Shown: piece after piece, positions 1-12,438 of the stretch
Numbering within the stretch: the stretch's first letter is position 1
Layout: every line of letters starts with the position of its first letter
Assembly (NCBI GenBank): GCA_951406725.2
Contig: OX597814.1
Coordinates: 97,216,001 to 97,280,000 of the forward strand
Direction: 5' to 3'
DNA length: 64,000 nucleotides
Origin: Octopus vulgaris
Lineage: Eukaryota
The notes under the pieces: generated by a model
What the model was told of the DNA's origin: nothing
The model's input: only the letters and a program-made list of their open reading frames with translations
Databases searched by the model: none
Translations under genes and position numbers: made by a program

Positions 1-1829
1 CCTGGTGAGGTCTTTACATGCCGTGATCCTTTTGCTGTTTCAGTATAAATTTATGCGCGCGGAAACGGCCGTTCATTTTCGCTTTATACAACGGGATGGG
101 GTTGCATGAGTGTTTTGGAGTTTTTCATCAGAAATTTAAAAACTAAAATTTGCTCTCCCCCCCACCATATTCTTAATCTCCATATTTTTCGACGTAGATT
201 CTAAAAAAGAATATCAAATAAGAGTTGAAAATTAAAAATTTGATGGGGAGTGGGAAATAAACATTTTGAAAACGTGTTTTTTTTTTTGCATATTCGGAAT
301 CTCCGCCATCGTAAACATAGAAATCCATCGAAAAAAAAAAAAAAAACCGGAAAGGTCGGTGACTGTCCGCCCCCTAATCTTCCTTTCTTGAAAAGAGGAA
401 GGAGATAGAATAGGACTTGTAGAAATTTTATAATCCCGTTAGAGTTATCTCCCCTATAGTTTAATTATACAAACAGTATTCCTTCCTCGTCGGTTAAGTT
501 ACATTCAGGCAAAATATTTATCATTTCTTTAATATCTACATTTGTGACAAGGGATGGGTTGCAAGAGTGTTGTAGGTCAGTTTGGGAGTTTTTCATAAGA
601 AATTTAAAAATCACTTTCTTGCTACAAGGTCCAGGGTTTCATCTCACTCTCACGGCACTTTGGGAATTTTCTTCTACAATAGCTTCAGGTCAACCAAAGT
701 ATATGAATGAAATTGGATTATCAAATAAGAGTTGAAAATTAAAAATTTGATGGGGAGTGGGAAATAAACATTTTGAAAACGTGTTTTTTTTTTTGCATAT
801 TCCGATTTGAAGTAACTCTCTCTTTTCATCTCACCTAATCGCAAAATCCCTTAAGAAGATTATTGGACGCTACACTTATACTCTAACCAAGCTAGAACAA
901 GGAGAGAGAGAAAGAGAGAGAGAGAGAGACTACATCTGAATCAGTAATAGAATATTTCAATATTCCTTCGATAAACTTCCAAATTTACTCTTCTCATACA
1001 ACACTTTGCTGATAATTTATCCTGCCAGCATTATCAGAACTTGTTTTCCACCCTAAAAAGTAAGGAGTACTAATTTTAGAAGAAAATTAATATAACATAT
1101 ATATTAATAATAAAATCACATATTTTTCATACAGCGATGAGCAAGAAAAAAAAAATGATCTAAGCAGTACAAGAAACTAAAGCATACAAAAATACGAATG
1201 TAAGTAAAAGAAAAAAAAAAGCCACAGGTAAAAAATCACAAGAGTTTTGTCTGAGTACCATAAATTGTGTCTTTTTATTCTTGTCAAAATTGTGACTTTA
1301 TTACTGTGACTTTTTCCTGTGACTTTATTACCGGTCACCAAAAATAAAATTAGAATACCGATCAAACCACTTGTAATAAAGTTGTTGAAATACAGACAAT
1401 TCCTTGTTATTCAGTTACATAATTAAATGAGAATGATCTCCATAAGTATGAATGCTCATCAGTGAATAAATACAAGATAGAATTTTAATCGGTAGTGAGG
1501 GAAGTGGTCGGATTCATACAGTAGTAACTTGGTCAAACAGCATTTTTATCGTCATCCGTGTGAGTTGTTTTACTCTTGAACAGTGTTTGTGTCATAACGC
1601 TTCCAAAATGATAGTTATAATTTCATTACAATGTCAAAACAAAAGGTATATTAAATGTATAAAAGAAAGGGATGGTAATGATAATCAATATTTGTCTTAA
1701 TTTAACTTTATTAATGATTCGAAGTTGTATATTGATCAGTTATGTTATATTTTACATGCTAAATGTTGAGGAAGGAGCAATTTCCATGGCCTTCGCAGGA
1801 TCTTGGCCGATGATATTAGTGTCAATCAA

Positions 1830-2280
1830 TATTCTTCTTGGTCAAAACTTGCAGTAAAAAAACGAGCAGGGAGAGAATTCCAGAGTTGATAGTCTAGGGA
1901 GGAATGAAGGACTGGACATAATGCTTAGTGAGATATCGAAGGGTGAACCAGTGGGTGGCCTAGTGAGAATGATAAGAGGAGGAGAGATCAGTGAGCTAGG
2001 ATTGCTTGAGTGGAGGCAGGGCCGACCCTAGGGTTGCAGGCGCCTCAGGCAAGCTGAACTTCGGCGTGTAGAAGCTGATGGTCGTGAAAATTTCCTTGTT
2101 TTTGCTACGCCTTCCTTAGCGTCCCCTAGCACTTAGCATCCTGGGTGGCTGCCCGAGTTGCCGGCCTTGAGTGGAGGTAACACAAGCCGAGCTAACTCAG
2201 AGGAGCTGAAGTCATTATAGAATAGGTAGAAAAGGCAGAGAGAGGACACATCACACTTGTGGAATAGACGCTAAAAGACA
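1830..2280 (-). mobile_element. Degenerate jockey/CR1-group LINE 3' remnant
   Basis: Minus strand reads SFLPRLSTL then, after a frameshift, WNSL, like the C-terminus of CR1/jockey ORF2; ends approximate. Confidence 0.45.
2017..2169. mobile_element. hAT-type MITE nested in LINE remnant
   Basis: Termini CAGGGCCG...CGGCCTTG; exact 8-bp TSD AGTGGAGG at 2009-2016 and 2170-2177. Confidence 0.8.
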
Positions 2281-2604
2281 GTCTAAAATGTCCACATAAT
2301 TAAACGAGAATGATCTCCATATGTCTGAATGCTCATCAGTGAATAAATACAAGATAGAATTTTAATCGGTAGTGAGGGAAGTATCGTTTGGTTATGAAGA
2401 GAAAACCAGTTGTTGAAATATGGCTCTATGTTAATCATATGCTTTCACAAGGGGAATTTTTTTTTATCAAGCTTTTTAAAACATTCCACACAGAATTTTG
2501 GTTAATGTTTACTTTAACACTCGGCCACCAAACAAAAAAAAAAGTGTAATAGGATTAAAAAATGTGTATTAGAACAAAAATTTGCGCCAACGAACCGATT
2601 ATAA

Positions 2605-3455
2605 TAATAATAATAATAATAATAATAATTGTGTACAGTGCTCAGGTGCACTACAACTCATCTAAAGTGTATATATAATCAGGTGTAGTTTCGACGGATT
2701 TCGGGAAGCATGAGGGCCTTAAAGGATGCAGTGTCATGGCAGTCAACAACTGATGCAGGCAGTTTATTCCACGCTTCAGCAACCCTGAGCGTGAAAAAAT
2801 GTTTCCGAAAGTCATGGGAGCTGTGCTGTTTTCTGACTTTGTAGGCATGTCCACGTGTGTTAGACACATGGAGATCAAAAAGGTGTTCAGTGTTGTTGTT
2901 GGTGAGGTGGTTGATAACCTTGTGGGTGTTTACCAAGTCCGTCGCCAGACGCCGGAGCTTCAGTGAATCCATGCCCAGGGAAACAAGGCGCTCAGAATAT
3001 GGTAGGTGTCTGATGGAGGGTATGCGTTTGGTTGCACGTCTCTGGACAGATTCCAGGAGGTCAATGTTCTGAGCAAGATAGGGATTCCAAACTGATGATG
3101 CGAATTCCAAGTGTGGTCGTACCATAGCTGTATACAGTTTTAAATAGATGGCTGGAGAGCGGCTAACAAAAGTCTTGCTGAGTGATGCCAAGACACCCTC
3201 GGCCTTCTTGACAATTTTAGAGATATGCTTTGTCCAACGCAAGTCACTGCTGACAGTGATGCCTAGGTCACGCTCGCAAGAGGATTTCTTGATATCAGTG
3301 TTGTGAAGGGAGTATGTGGACGCAGGGTTTTTTCTCACAAAATGCATGGTGGTACACTTGTCCACAGCCAGTTTCAGTTGCCAGTCTGTGATCCATTGCT
3401 GCATTGTGTCTAGGTCTGATTGCAGGAAAGAGTTGTAGACATCAGGATCAGTCCT
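2605..3455 (-). mobile_element. 5'-truncated CR1/L2-group LINE, C-terminal RT region
   Basis: Open frame with ERDLGI, LYTAMVRPHLEFASSVWNP, LESVQRRATK, FFTLRVAEAWNKLP; (TTA)n 3' tail; candidate TSD GATTATAA at 2597-2604 and 3456-3463. Confidence 0.9.
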
Positions 3456-3831
3456 GATTATAAAGAAATTTGAGGAGGAAATTTTTTTCCGAGAGGGTAG
3501 GTAGAAGAGAAAGAAACTCATAACTTATTTTTTGTTTGAGTGCTTTGGAAAAAAGTTAAGGGCGATTTAGCAGTTGTTTTTAGTACATCTCACGACCATC
3601 TAATACTTTCCTTGTTTGTTTAATATGTTCGGTTAACTACAAGTTCTCTCGGTCGCCAATAAGCAAATTGACAAGCCTGATGGGGGGTAGAAAGAGCTGT
3701 ATTGAACGTTTTACAGTATTAAAAAAATGCGCCAAGTTATTAGTGAATGGCATCAAGTTATTGGTGAACCACATCATGATACATGGGATTTTTTTAAAAA
3801 CCATTTTCTGTTACTCAAACGAATTTAAAAG

Positions 3832-4237
3832 GGATCTTTTCGGTTTGAACGGCAGTTTTTTCTAGCGGTGTCATATGAAATTGTCACCCATAATTATGAC
3901 CCTAGTATCGATCTATTGCATTTCAATCTGTTTTAGGGTTAGGGGTGGGGGTAAGGGTATCTTTCTTTCTTCACAAATGTAAATAAACCCAATCTGTTTC
4001 TTAAACGAGGGACATATTCATACGGCACAGAATGTTTTTTTTACCTCAATAGACGTCAGTGATTGGTTGAAATTGAAGAAAAAAAAAACAACAAATATCT
4101 TACAAACCATAGAATTTTCTCAATAAAGCCAAGAGAAAAAGATGTTTTATAAACACATTCTACCAGTATACGAAGTTTAAAATTTTTTAGTTACCTAGAA
4201 ATTATGTTAAAAACTGCCGTTCAAACCGAAAAGATCC
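3832..4237. mobile_element. MITE with GG termini and 8-bp TSD (Merlin-like)
   Basis: TIR GGATCTTTTCGGTTTGAACGGCAGTTTTT and its reverse complement; TSD TTTAAAAG at 3824-3831 and 4238-4245. Confidence 0.85.
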
Positions 4238-4434
4238 TTTAAAAGTTCTATTTGTCAAACTTTTTCTATTTCACTCAGGCAAAAAAAATAATTTATGAAT
4301 TTCTTTCTCGTTGAAAGTCCTCTCCCCACCGCCTCAGAAAAAAGTTTTCTGCACTAACTTCTTTATAATCGGTTCGTTGGCGCAAATCTTTCTTCACATA
4401 TTCGTTTAATACACATCTTTTTACACCTATTTTA

Positions 4435-4790
4435 TTTTTACTTTTATTTGTTTCAGTCATTTGACTGCGGCCATATTGGAGCACCGCCTTTAGTTGAACA
4501 AATCGATCCCATGACTTGTAAGCCTAGTACTTATTCTATCGGTCTATTTACCGAACCGCTAAGTTACGGGGGTCGTAAACACGCCAACATCGGTTGTCGA
4601 GCGATGGTGGGGGACAAACATAGACATACAAATACATATATATATGACGGGTTTCTTTCAGTTTCCGTCTACCAAATCCACTCACAAGGCTTTGGTCGGC
4701 CCGAGGGTATATTAGAAGACACTTGCCCAAGGTGCCACGCAGTGGGACTGAACCTGGAACCATATAGTTGGGAAGCAAGCTTCTTACAGC
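4435..4790 (-). mobile_element. SINE, abundant family (CAGTCATTTGACTGCGGCC...CAGTGGGACTGAACC)
   Basis: Related copies at about 20460-20750, 21000-21365, 38775-39265, 43350-43830, 45550-45930 and 52590-52985; tRNA-like head (GGTTCAGTCCC B-box) on the minus strand. Confidence 0.75.
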
Positions 4791-5231
4791 ACGTTTTAGT
4801 GGTCGGGTGTTAAAGTAAACATTTACCAGAATTTTAAACTTTGCTATCATTAATTATTTTTGATCATTATTAATTTCAGGGTGTTTAGTGAATTATATCC
4901 ATTCTATTTTGTAATCTATCTGACTCATTTTATCGAAAGACTAAGATGATCTGAATGATGTCCCTTTAGAGAGTTACGTCCCCTCTTTGATCAAGAGCAC
5001 AACACATACATAGCTATTTACATCATCTGTCAAATTTAATGTGACCTAATAATGACCAAAATATTAAAAAAAAAAAAAAAGGCAAGATGCCCAGGGTTGT
5101 CTTACACGCATATACAAGTGTGCACGTACACTATCCAGATTTTTGTTTTCTTATGAACAGCTTTTGCTTGAGAAACAAGAGTTATCTCTCTCAGGGTTAT
5201 TGTATATTTTATGTATGTACGGATGTGTATA

Positions 5232-5447
5232 CAGTAATCCCTCGACTATCGCGGGTGTTACGTTCCAAAACCTCCAACAGAAATAATTAAAATTAAAAAA
5301 AATATAAATACCTATCGGCCACAGAAACCGCGATATAAATTTACATATATTAGCCAGAAAAATCCGTGATGTACTGAGTGCGGGATAGGTGAACCGCGAT
5401 GTACTGAATGCACGATAGGTGAACCGCTATATGACGAGGAAATACTG
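5232..5447. mobile_element. Tigger/pogo-like MITE
   Basis: TA-CAGTAATCCCTCG ... CGAGGAAATACTG-TA termini with TA TSD. Confidence 0.75.
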
Positions 5448-6049
5448 TATATTTGTATAATGCTTGTCCATATATATATATATATAGTTTAAATTTACGG
5501 AAAAACAAAAGATGAAGATAAGTGTATAAACAACAAACAAATGTATTAGTTCAACGCTTTGGAAAATGAGAAAGTCTTTTACGTTTCAAGCCTACGCTCT
5601 TCAACAGAAAGGGAATTAAAAACAAAAAAAACCTTTGGAGCTAGCGGTCAGTCATGTGTATATATATACACATACATGCACACAGATTTTAACGATGGGT
5701 TTGAAGTCTCCCTTGGTTTTACTACTGAACCATATATACCTTTATATAATATGTTTTGTGTGTACACTCGTGGAAGTAACAAAAAAAAAAAAAAATGATC
5801 TTTAAAATAAAAGTCACACTTTATTCCTCCATAAAGTGGTACAGTGGATGAAGTAAGAAACATTACAAATTCTGGTGGTTGTAGTTCATCCATCGGTTGA
5901 ATAATTTAGCTTGAGTTGTTGTTGGTTACACGTGCACTATTATATTAATTTTTCTCTTGTAAAAAATGGTAGGAAATCAGCATAACTTGCCTTGGTAAAA
6001 AATACCCACCCTTCTGTCCTTAGATAATTTGTGGCACCAATGTTCAAAC

Positions 6050-6915
6050 CTCACGATAGGTAAAATGACCAATCATTACAGATTAACATGCTGAACCTAT
6101 AAAAACCTCATTGTCTTCAATATGCCATACTAGAAATTGGTCTTGCTACAAATGTTTGTAGCAGTAATCTGATTATAAGTATTTTTTCTGGTTTTATAAA
6201 TCCCAGCTTCTCAAGATTGGTACTGTGGCAGTCACATAGCCACATACTTCAATAATTATTTGTAGAAATCTAAATATATAAACCTGTTGGCTTACCTTGA
6301 GATTTCTCATCAGTTCAGTATAGATGTTCTCTTTTTACTTTAACGGATTTGAACTACTGTGCATAGTTTCTTTTCTCTTCTTAGATTATTATGTCCAGTA
6401 TGTATTTTATTAAATTCATAACAGAGACGTTCCACCAATATTCTTTTGCATTATTTGTAGTTATACTCTCCATATCTCTGTAGCTTTGTGTTTGTGTATG
6501 TGTTTATATGTTATTATTCACTTTTATTTCACAATTTCTTTCCAACAGAGAAAGAGCCAGTTTTTAACCTAGATCCAAGGCTCCTTCATTGGAATTTCAA
6601 CATCAACAACAAGGTATTTTTGTATGTATGTATATGTGCAAATTTGTATGTATTCTTGTGCATATAGTTACATGTCTAGACATGCTCATATATTCTTAAA
6701 TGACAAACTTCTGGAAAGTTTTATAGATTTTTACAGTACCAGTGACATCTTGGATCTGTTGTCTTCAAATCAGCTTCCTCCTTTCTGGTTTTGAGAAGCC
6801 TAATTTCACAAGATTGGTAATTAGGCAGTGTGTTACATATCCCAATACCCCAATAATTACAGGTATAAACCTGAACTTGTAATCTGGGTAGAGTAACTAA
6901 ATTCCTCAATAGTTC
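6050..6915 (-). mobile_element. Degenerate R4/Dong-like LINE 3' remnant
   Basis: 6600-6910 is a reverse-complement relative of 28560-28860. Confidence 0.55.
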
Positions 6916-7109
6916 AGCATAGATAGGTGGGTTGTTTGTGTTTGTTCATTTGCCTGCCTGCCTTGGGTAAGACATTAAACTGCGCCCAGTTGTAGGAATC
7001 CAGTTTGGGAATTCTAGAGCTGTAGGGAGCATGGTGTCACCCTTTAATTACCATTACTCTCAGGTTCATTCTGACTCAGACTGGTAGTACTTGTGAGGGT
7101 CTCATCTAT

Positions 7110-7830
7110 GGGTTAAATAGATTTTCCCTGAATGCATTGAGCAGTGATATTGCACCAAGTTTTGTCAAAAGCTTTGTGATACTCAAGTTCAAACCATCCA
7201 GAAGATTCAGCAGGCCTTTGGCAATTATACCATGGACACAATTCAGATCAACCGTTTCAAATATGGTCACACCTAAGGGGAGAGAGGCACACTTGGGCAG
7301 GCCATCTACAAGCTGAAAAAAGAAACTGAGAAGATTCGGTGAATAGTCATGGAAGATTGTCATGTAACAATCCAGGAAATTACTTAGGAGGTGGGAATAA
7401 ACACAAGATCAGTGCATTCCATTCTAATGGAGGATTTGTGCATGCAAAAAGTTTCAGCAAAATTCATCCCACATGTGCTAGAAGAGCAGTAGAAGCAACT
7501 CAGCATGAAAATTGCTCAGGACATGCTGGACTGTGCAAACTATAACCCAGACTTCATAAAGACGATCATCATTGGTGATGAGACATGGGTTTATAGTTTC
7601 TTCTTGATGCATTCGGCCATCTTGCATGAAAACGAAAGGCTGATGAATGCACACTACATGTCTGTACCCAAGGCATAATAGCCAGTAACAGAAGCTGCTT
7701 ACCAGTGCAAAAATTTTCATGCATGAATAGGCAGGGTGGGGTCACTTACCACCCAAAGGATTTTGCCCATGCAGCATTGGTTTTGGTAGGAAAAAATACA
7801 ACTGGATACTTTTTGAATGCACCTTGTATA
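7110..7830. mobile_element. Degenerate mariner remnant
   Basis: IIIGDETWVY motif on + near 7566-7595; end GGATACTTTTTGAATGCACCTTGTA resembles a mariner TIR. Confidence 0.55.
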
Positions 7831-9084
7831 GTGAGAGTAAAAGAGAGATACAAAGGGAGATATCATAAGAGAAGCAGGATGAATGTACATGAGTAGACAT
7901 GGTAACAGGAGGAGGAGAGGGAGTAAATGGCAAAGTAGTTATGGGATGAGTTATAGAAATAAGAACATTTTCATTCCATTTTATTTTTGAAGTAATAAAT
8001 ATATTTTCTTTTCACCATTTTATATTAGCTCCAAGAAATTTGGCAAAAGTTGAATTATATTTGTATGTATGCCATATTTCCTAACATTACCCATGGTTGC
8101 AATAGTATATTTCCAAAATCACAAGTTATATGATGGTTAACATTTGTGTATGCATATGTTCTGCATACATACGGTGCTCTTCTGCTTTAAAAGCCAACAG
8201 ATTAAAGTTTAATACATATATTTCCTAATGCATTTTTCAATATATTCTTTCATTTTACTTATTTCAGTCATTGGACAAAGGACATGCTCAGGCACCATCA
8301 CCAAAGCTTTCTCTAGATGATCATATCAACTACCAGTACTCATTTCAGTTTAGTACTTATATTATTAATCTGTTTTTGCCAAACTGCCAAGTTATGGGAC
8401 ATAAAAGGACACAACAATTGCTTTGACAGCTCCTTAGAAATAGCTGAGAGCTTGTAACACTTAGGTGACCTAATAGGTAGTGGAAGTGGGTGTTCTGAAA
8501 GCATAATAGCCAGGACAAGATTGAGCTGAAAGAGGTTCAAGGAGCTTTTACCTCTTCTGATAACAAAAGGTTTCTGTCTCAGAGTTAAGAAAAGTACAAT
8601 GTTTGTGTACAAAGGGCGATACTGCAAGGGGGTGACATGTAGGCACTGAATGTAGATTTGTGAAGTATAGAAATAAATAAAGCCAGCATGTTCGATGGGA
8701 TGGATTATGTTAGTGTGCCTGAATGATGATGAGACAATCTATGTATAAAAAGAATCAGATGTAGTGTGCAAGAGAAAAGACTAATTTGGTTAGATGGGCA
8801 TCGAATCTGGCTGCTTGTTTCCCATGTCCAACCAGGTCCATCTTAGATTTTTGTTGAGATCATTTATTTACACAAAACTTTACAGTATTTACAATGGTTA
8901 CTTGCTGGAGGCTGTATCACGGGTACCAGTAGTCATATAAATATGTTGTGTTTGGTTAAGAATTGGCTAGCTACATATTTGTGAGGTAAAAGGCAGGAAA
9001 ATTACATGTTCATGATTCTTCTTAACCTCAGGTCAAGCAGCAACCAAAAATCCTGCTTTTTAAGACTTCTGTATTTATAACCAC

Positions 9085-9380
9085 CAAAAGCACCGTCTGA
9101 ACATGGCAGATGCCAGTGCTGCCTGACTGGAGTCCGTGTCGGTGACACATAAAAGCATCAACCGATCGTGGCCGTTTGCCAGCCTCCTCTGGCCCTTGTG
9201 CCGGTGGAACGTAAAAAGCACCCACTACACTCACGAAGTGGTTGGCGTTAGGAAGGGCATCCAGCTGTAGTAACACTGCCAGATCAGACTGAAGCCTGGT
9301 GTAGCCTCCTGGCTTCCCAGACCCCGGTCGAACCGTCCAACCCATGCTAGCATGGAAAACGGACGTTAAACAATGATGAT
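9085..9380 (+). mobile_element. SINE/LINE-tail repeat
   Basis: GGCGTTAGGAAGGGCATCCAGC...AACCCATGCTAGCATGGAAAACGGACGTTAAA followed by a (GAT)n tail; related copies recur in the window. Confidence 0.65.
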
Positions 9381-10379
9381 GTTTTGGCAGGAAAATCGTG
9401 GAAATTTTTTCTTGAAATTGTACAATGGAATTATTGTAACAGAAGTATCATTGATTGACAATTAGGCAGATGTTGCCTGATATGCTGTGACCTATCTCTT
9501 GTTACTGAGCTAATGCAGTTTCGATTCTACACCTCACTACAACTTTACTTGTACAGACATGCAGCGCATATGGAGGTTGTCGATTGTACAAACAAATGTA
9601 GGACATTTAGAGTGGATGAAACCTGTGGCAGAAGGAGACACAAGACATGGGATGAAATGGTAAAGACTGATCTCAAGATATTGAGCCTCATGTAAGTGAT
9701 AACAGGGTACTACAAAGATTGGTGACATACAGCACTGGAAAGAATTTGTCCAGTCATGTGTGCATGGTGAAACAAATGCTGAAATATTAGCAGTGATAGA
9801 GTCTTGGAGATATAATATATAACTACATTTGTATTTCTTGTCTAATAGATCCTTGTGGAGTCTACATCTACCGCTTGACCTGCTTCTCTATACCTTTCTT
9901 TCTAATACATGCTATCCTTTCACAGTATCACACCACTTAACGATGGATGGAACTAAATCTACCTACACTTAATCCTCACCATCATCTTATACTCAACACC
10001 CACTTTTCTACGCTAAAAGTCAACTTGCCCTTTCTCCCCCTTTCCCACCTGCACCCCACTAGCCCTTGTTGCTTTCGACCGTTTTGTTTATGAATGATAC
10101 TTGTCTCGACAGTGGTTGTGTATATATGAAAATGAATTTTTAAAATTAATAAAAAGTGTTTGCTTTCTTTTTACGACGTTAAAATAAGAATTGGCAGCTG
10201 TTAAAAGGAAGATTACTGTCTCTTTCTCTGAGGGTCAACTGTATAAATATTAAAAAAAAATAGAATTCGAGGAACCAGTAATACTTATCGTTGACCAGAA
10301 AACGTGCATAAAATTCATATAATAAGCCAAATAATTGTATAGTAGGAAGAGTCAGGTTCAGCTATTTCGCAAATAAACA

Positions 10380-10563
10380 TTTTCTCCCCTTTACGTAGCA
10401 ACAAATAATTTCACAGCGCGTTACTTGATTTTAACCAATGAAATTTCTTCATTTCATTGCATCGGGGATTAAATTCGTACACCACGTGCCGGTTCCGGTT
10501 GATCTTGTTCATTTGTGTGGAAGAAATTTCTTAAGAGTTTTTATTTTCGTGCATTTTTGAACT
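10380..10563 (+). promoter_or_regulatory. Putative TIMM13 proximal promoter/5'UTR
   Basis: Locally CpG-richer; CCAAT at 10435, CACGTG at 10483-10488 and TTCCGG at 10493-10498, just upstream of the ATG. Confidence 0.45.
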
Positions 10564-10671
10564 ATGGATTTAGGATCTTCGTCGGCACCTTTTGACTCTA
10601 GTCAACGGGATCAACTTATGGACACAGTTAAACAACAAATAGCTCTTGCAAATGCTCAAGAAATTTTACAG
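10564..10671 (+). CDS. TIMM13: TIMM13 exon 1
   Basis: MDLGSSSAPFDSSQRDQLMDTVKQQIALANAQEILQ; donor CAG|GTACGT, phase 0. Confidence 0.93.
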
Positions 10672-11851
10672 GTACGTATATGTTGTTGCTATGAATATAA
10701 ACCACAGCCTACCTCACAATAACCTTGGGAACTTTGGATTTATTCTTTATTGATTTGGTGTTTTGCTTTATCTTCTCGTATTTTTTTTGTTACAAGAATT
10801 GGAATTTTCCTGATTGCTTTGACAGGATATTACTTTACTCTGTGACCTTAGTGTCCTTTGCATCAACGTACTGTTTTCATCACGAGCCAAACAGATCTCT
10901 AGCTTCTTACTCGACTTGCTAGAAATAGCAGCCAAAATTCCTGTAGATTCATCAGCTATAACAGGATTACAGGATTCTCACGGCTTGAAAACTATTTTCG
11001 CCTAATTTTAGTTCCATGTATTTTGCCCTCATGTTTATTTCAGGCTATTTATCCGTCTATCGTTTAAACCTAATATTCGATTCAAGTGAATTCCTGATCT
11101 TGAAATATTTGTACATCTTTACGAAATATAAGCACATGCTTTAGATATGTCATCGAATTATTTCATCAGATCAATAAACGGCGATGTTAAGGTTAACAGT
11201 TCAAATTTTATCTGTAGTCATTGTTTTGTCTACTTAACTGTGAACGATTTGATCCAGAGTGTGTTAGAAAATGCATTCAGCTCCCCCCACACCCAGTTTT
11301 GCAAATAACTAAATTTAATGACGAACACAACTCATTAATGTTATGCAAAATTGTAAATCTTTGAAGGAAAGGGTTATATCAAAGGATTGCCAAGGAAAAC
11401 CTTCTGAAGACCTTGTTAAAGTTTGTAGTTTGTCTTTCGATAACGCTTTAAGGAACGAAAGTATTTCGTAATGAAATGTCATTGATGGGATCCATATCTG
11501 CCTCTCATACGCCTTTGCATAGTCATTCATTTTTATGTAGCGAAGATCTGACCTAATTTTTCATTTCCAGCCAAGACATAAGTAAATAAGACGATGTTAG
11601 AGCTCAGCGTCCTACATTAAACGAAACTTGTGTTACGGTGAGACGACGGCTTGAAACTGGCAACTAATGAATAGCTCCCCTGACTCTTGTTCGATGATTT
11701 CCATCATTCTTCCAGTGTATGTTTGCTTGGCCCCTAATCGTTTAGATATATAACGGACGTACATAAACACAACTTTTCGTGTGTTTTTTCATAAATGACT
11801 CAATCTATGTATACAAAAAATTCACGCACATGGTTGTAACAATGAATTCAT

Positions 11852-12438
11852 GGGGCCAATGCAGTTTCGCACCTCACCTTGAAAAATGCATTTTTTCGGA
11901 TTCCTACGTTTTAGATGTTCACGATTACGAATATGCAAAAAAAAAAAAAAAAATTACCCCCCCCACCTCACTACCCTCCCCCCTTAAAATTTTGAACTTT
12001 TTCGAATTTCCCATAAAATGGTGTATACATTATTTACATTTGACGGATATTTGTCCTCATCTTGTTTGTTGTTAACACAACGTTTCGGCTGTAAAGAATG
12101 TACATAATTCCTCGTCTCTTAAATATCGAACAGAAATGGTGTATATTTAATTTACATTAAATTATTATTTACGATTATTTTAGGCAAACAAGTAAAACAC
12201 TAATTCTTTTCACTTTAATCATTTTGTCTGTATTTAATTTCTATTTGCATATGTTCGGCAGTTCGCTACGATCTCTTTAAAGGAAAACAAAATCAAAAAT
12301 TTAAATGGGTGGAGGAAGGGGGTGAAATAATTTTTTTTGCATATTCGTAATCTCCCATATCTAAAACGTAGGAATCCGAAAAAGGTTTTTCGAAAAAAAT
12401 GCATTTTTGAAGGAGAGGTGCGAAACTGCATTAGCCCC
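11852..12438. mobile_element. Long-TIR non-autonomous DNA element (Merlin/MULE-like) in TIMM13 intron 1
   Basis: GGGGCCAATGCAGTTTCGCACCTC ... GAGGTGCGAAACTGCATTAGCCCC; exact 8-bp TSD GAATTCAT at 11844-11851 and 12439-12446. Confidence 0.85.

Larger units (their letters stand above)
1417..2382. repeat. 89-bp direct repeat pair (1417-1505 and 2294-2382)
   Basis: ACATAATTAAAyGAGAATGATCTCCAT...GGTAGTGAGGGAAGT occurs twice with about 3 mismatches, bracketing a LINE remnant. Confidence 0.85.

Noticed and set aside
6290-6360. Exon-like donor (AAG|GTAAGC) suggesting a gene divergent from TIMM13
   Set aside because: The sequence resembles the R4/Dong remnant at about 28560, so it is LINE debris.
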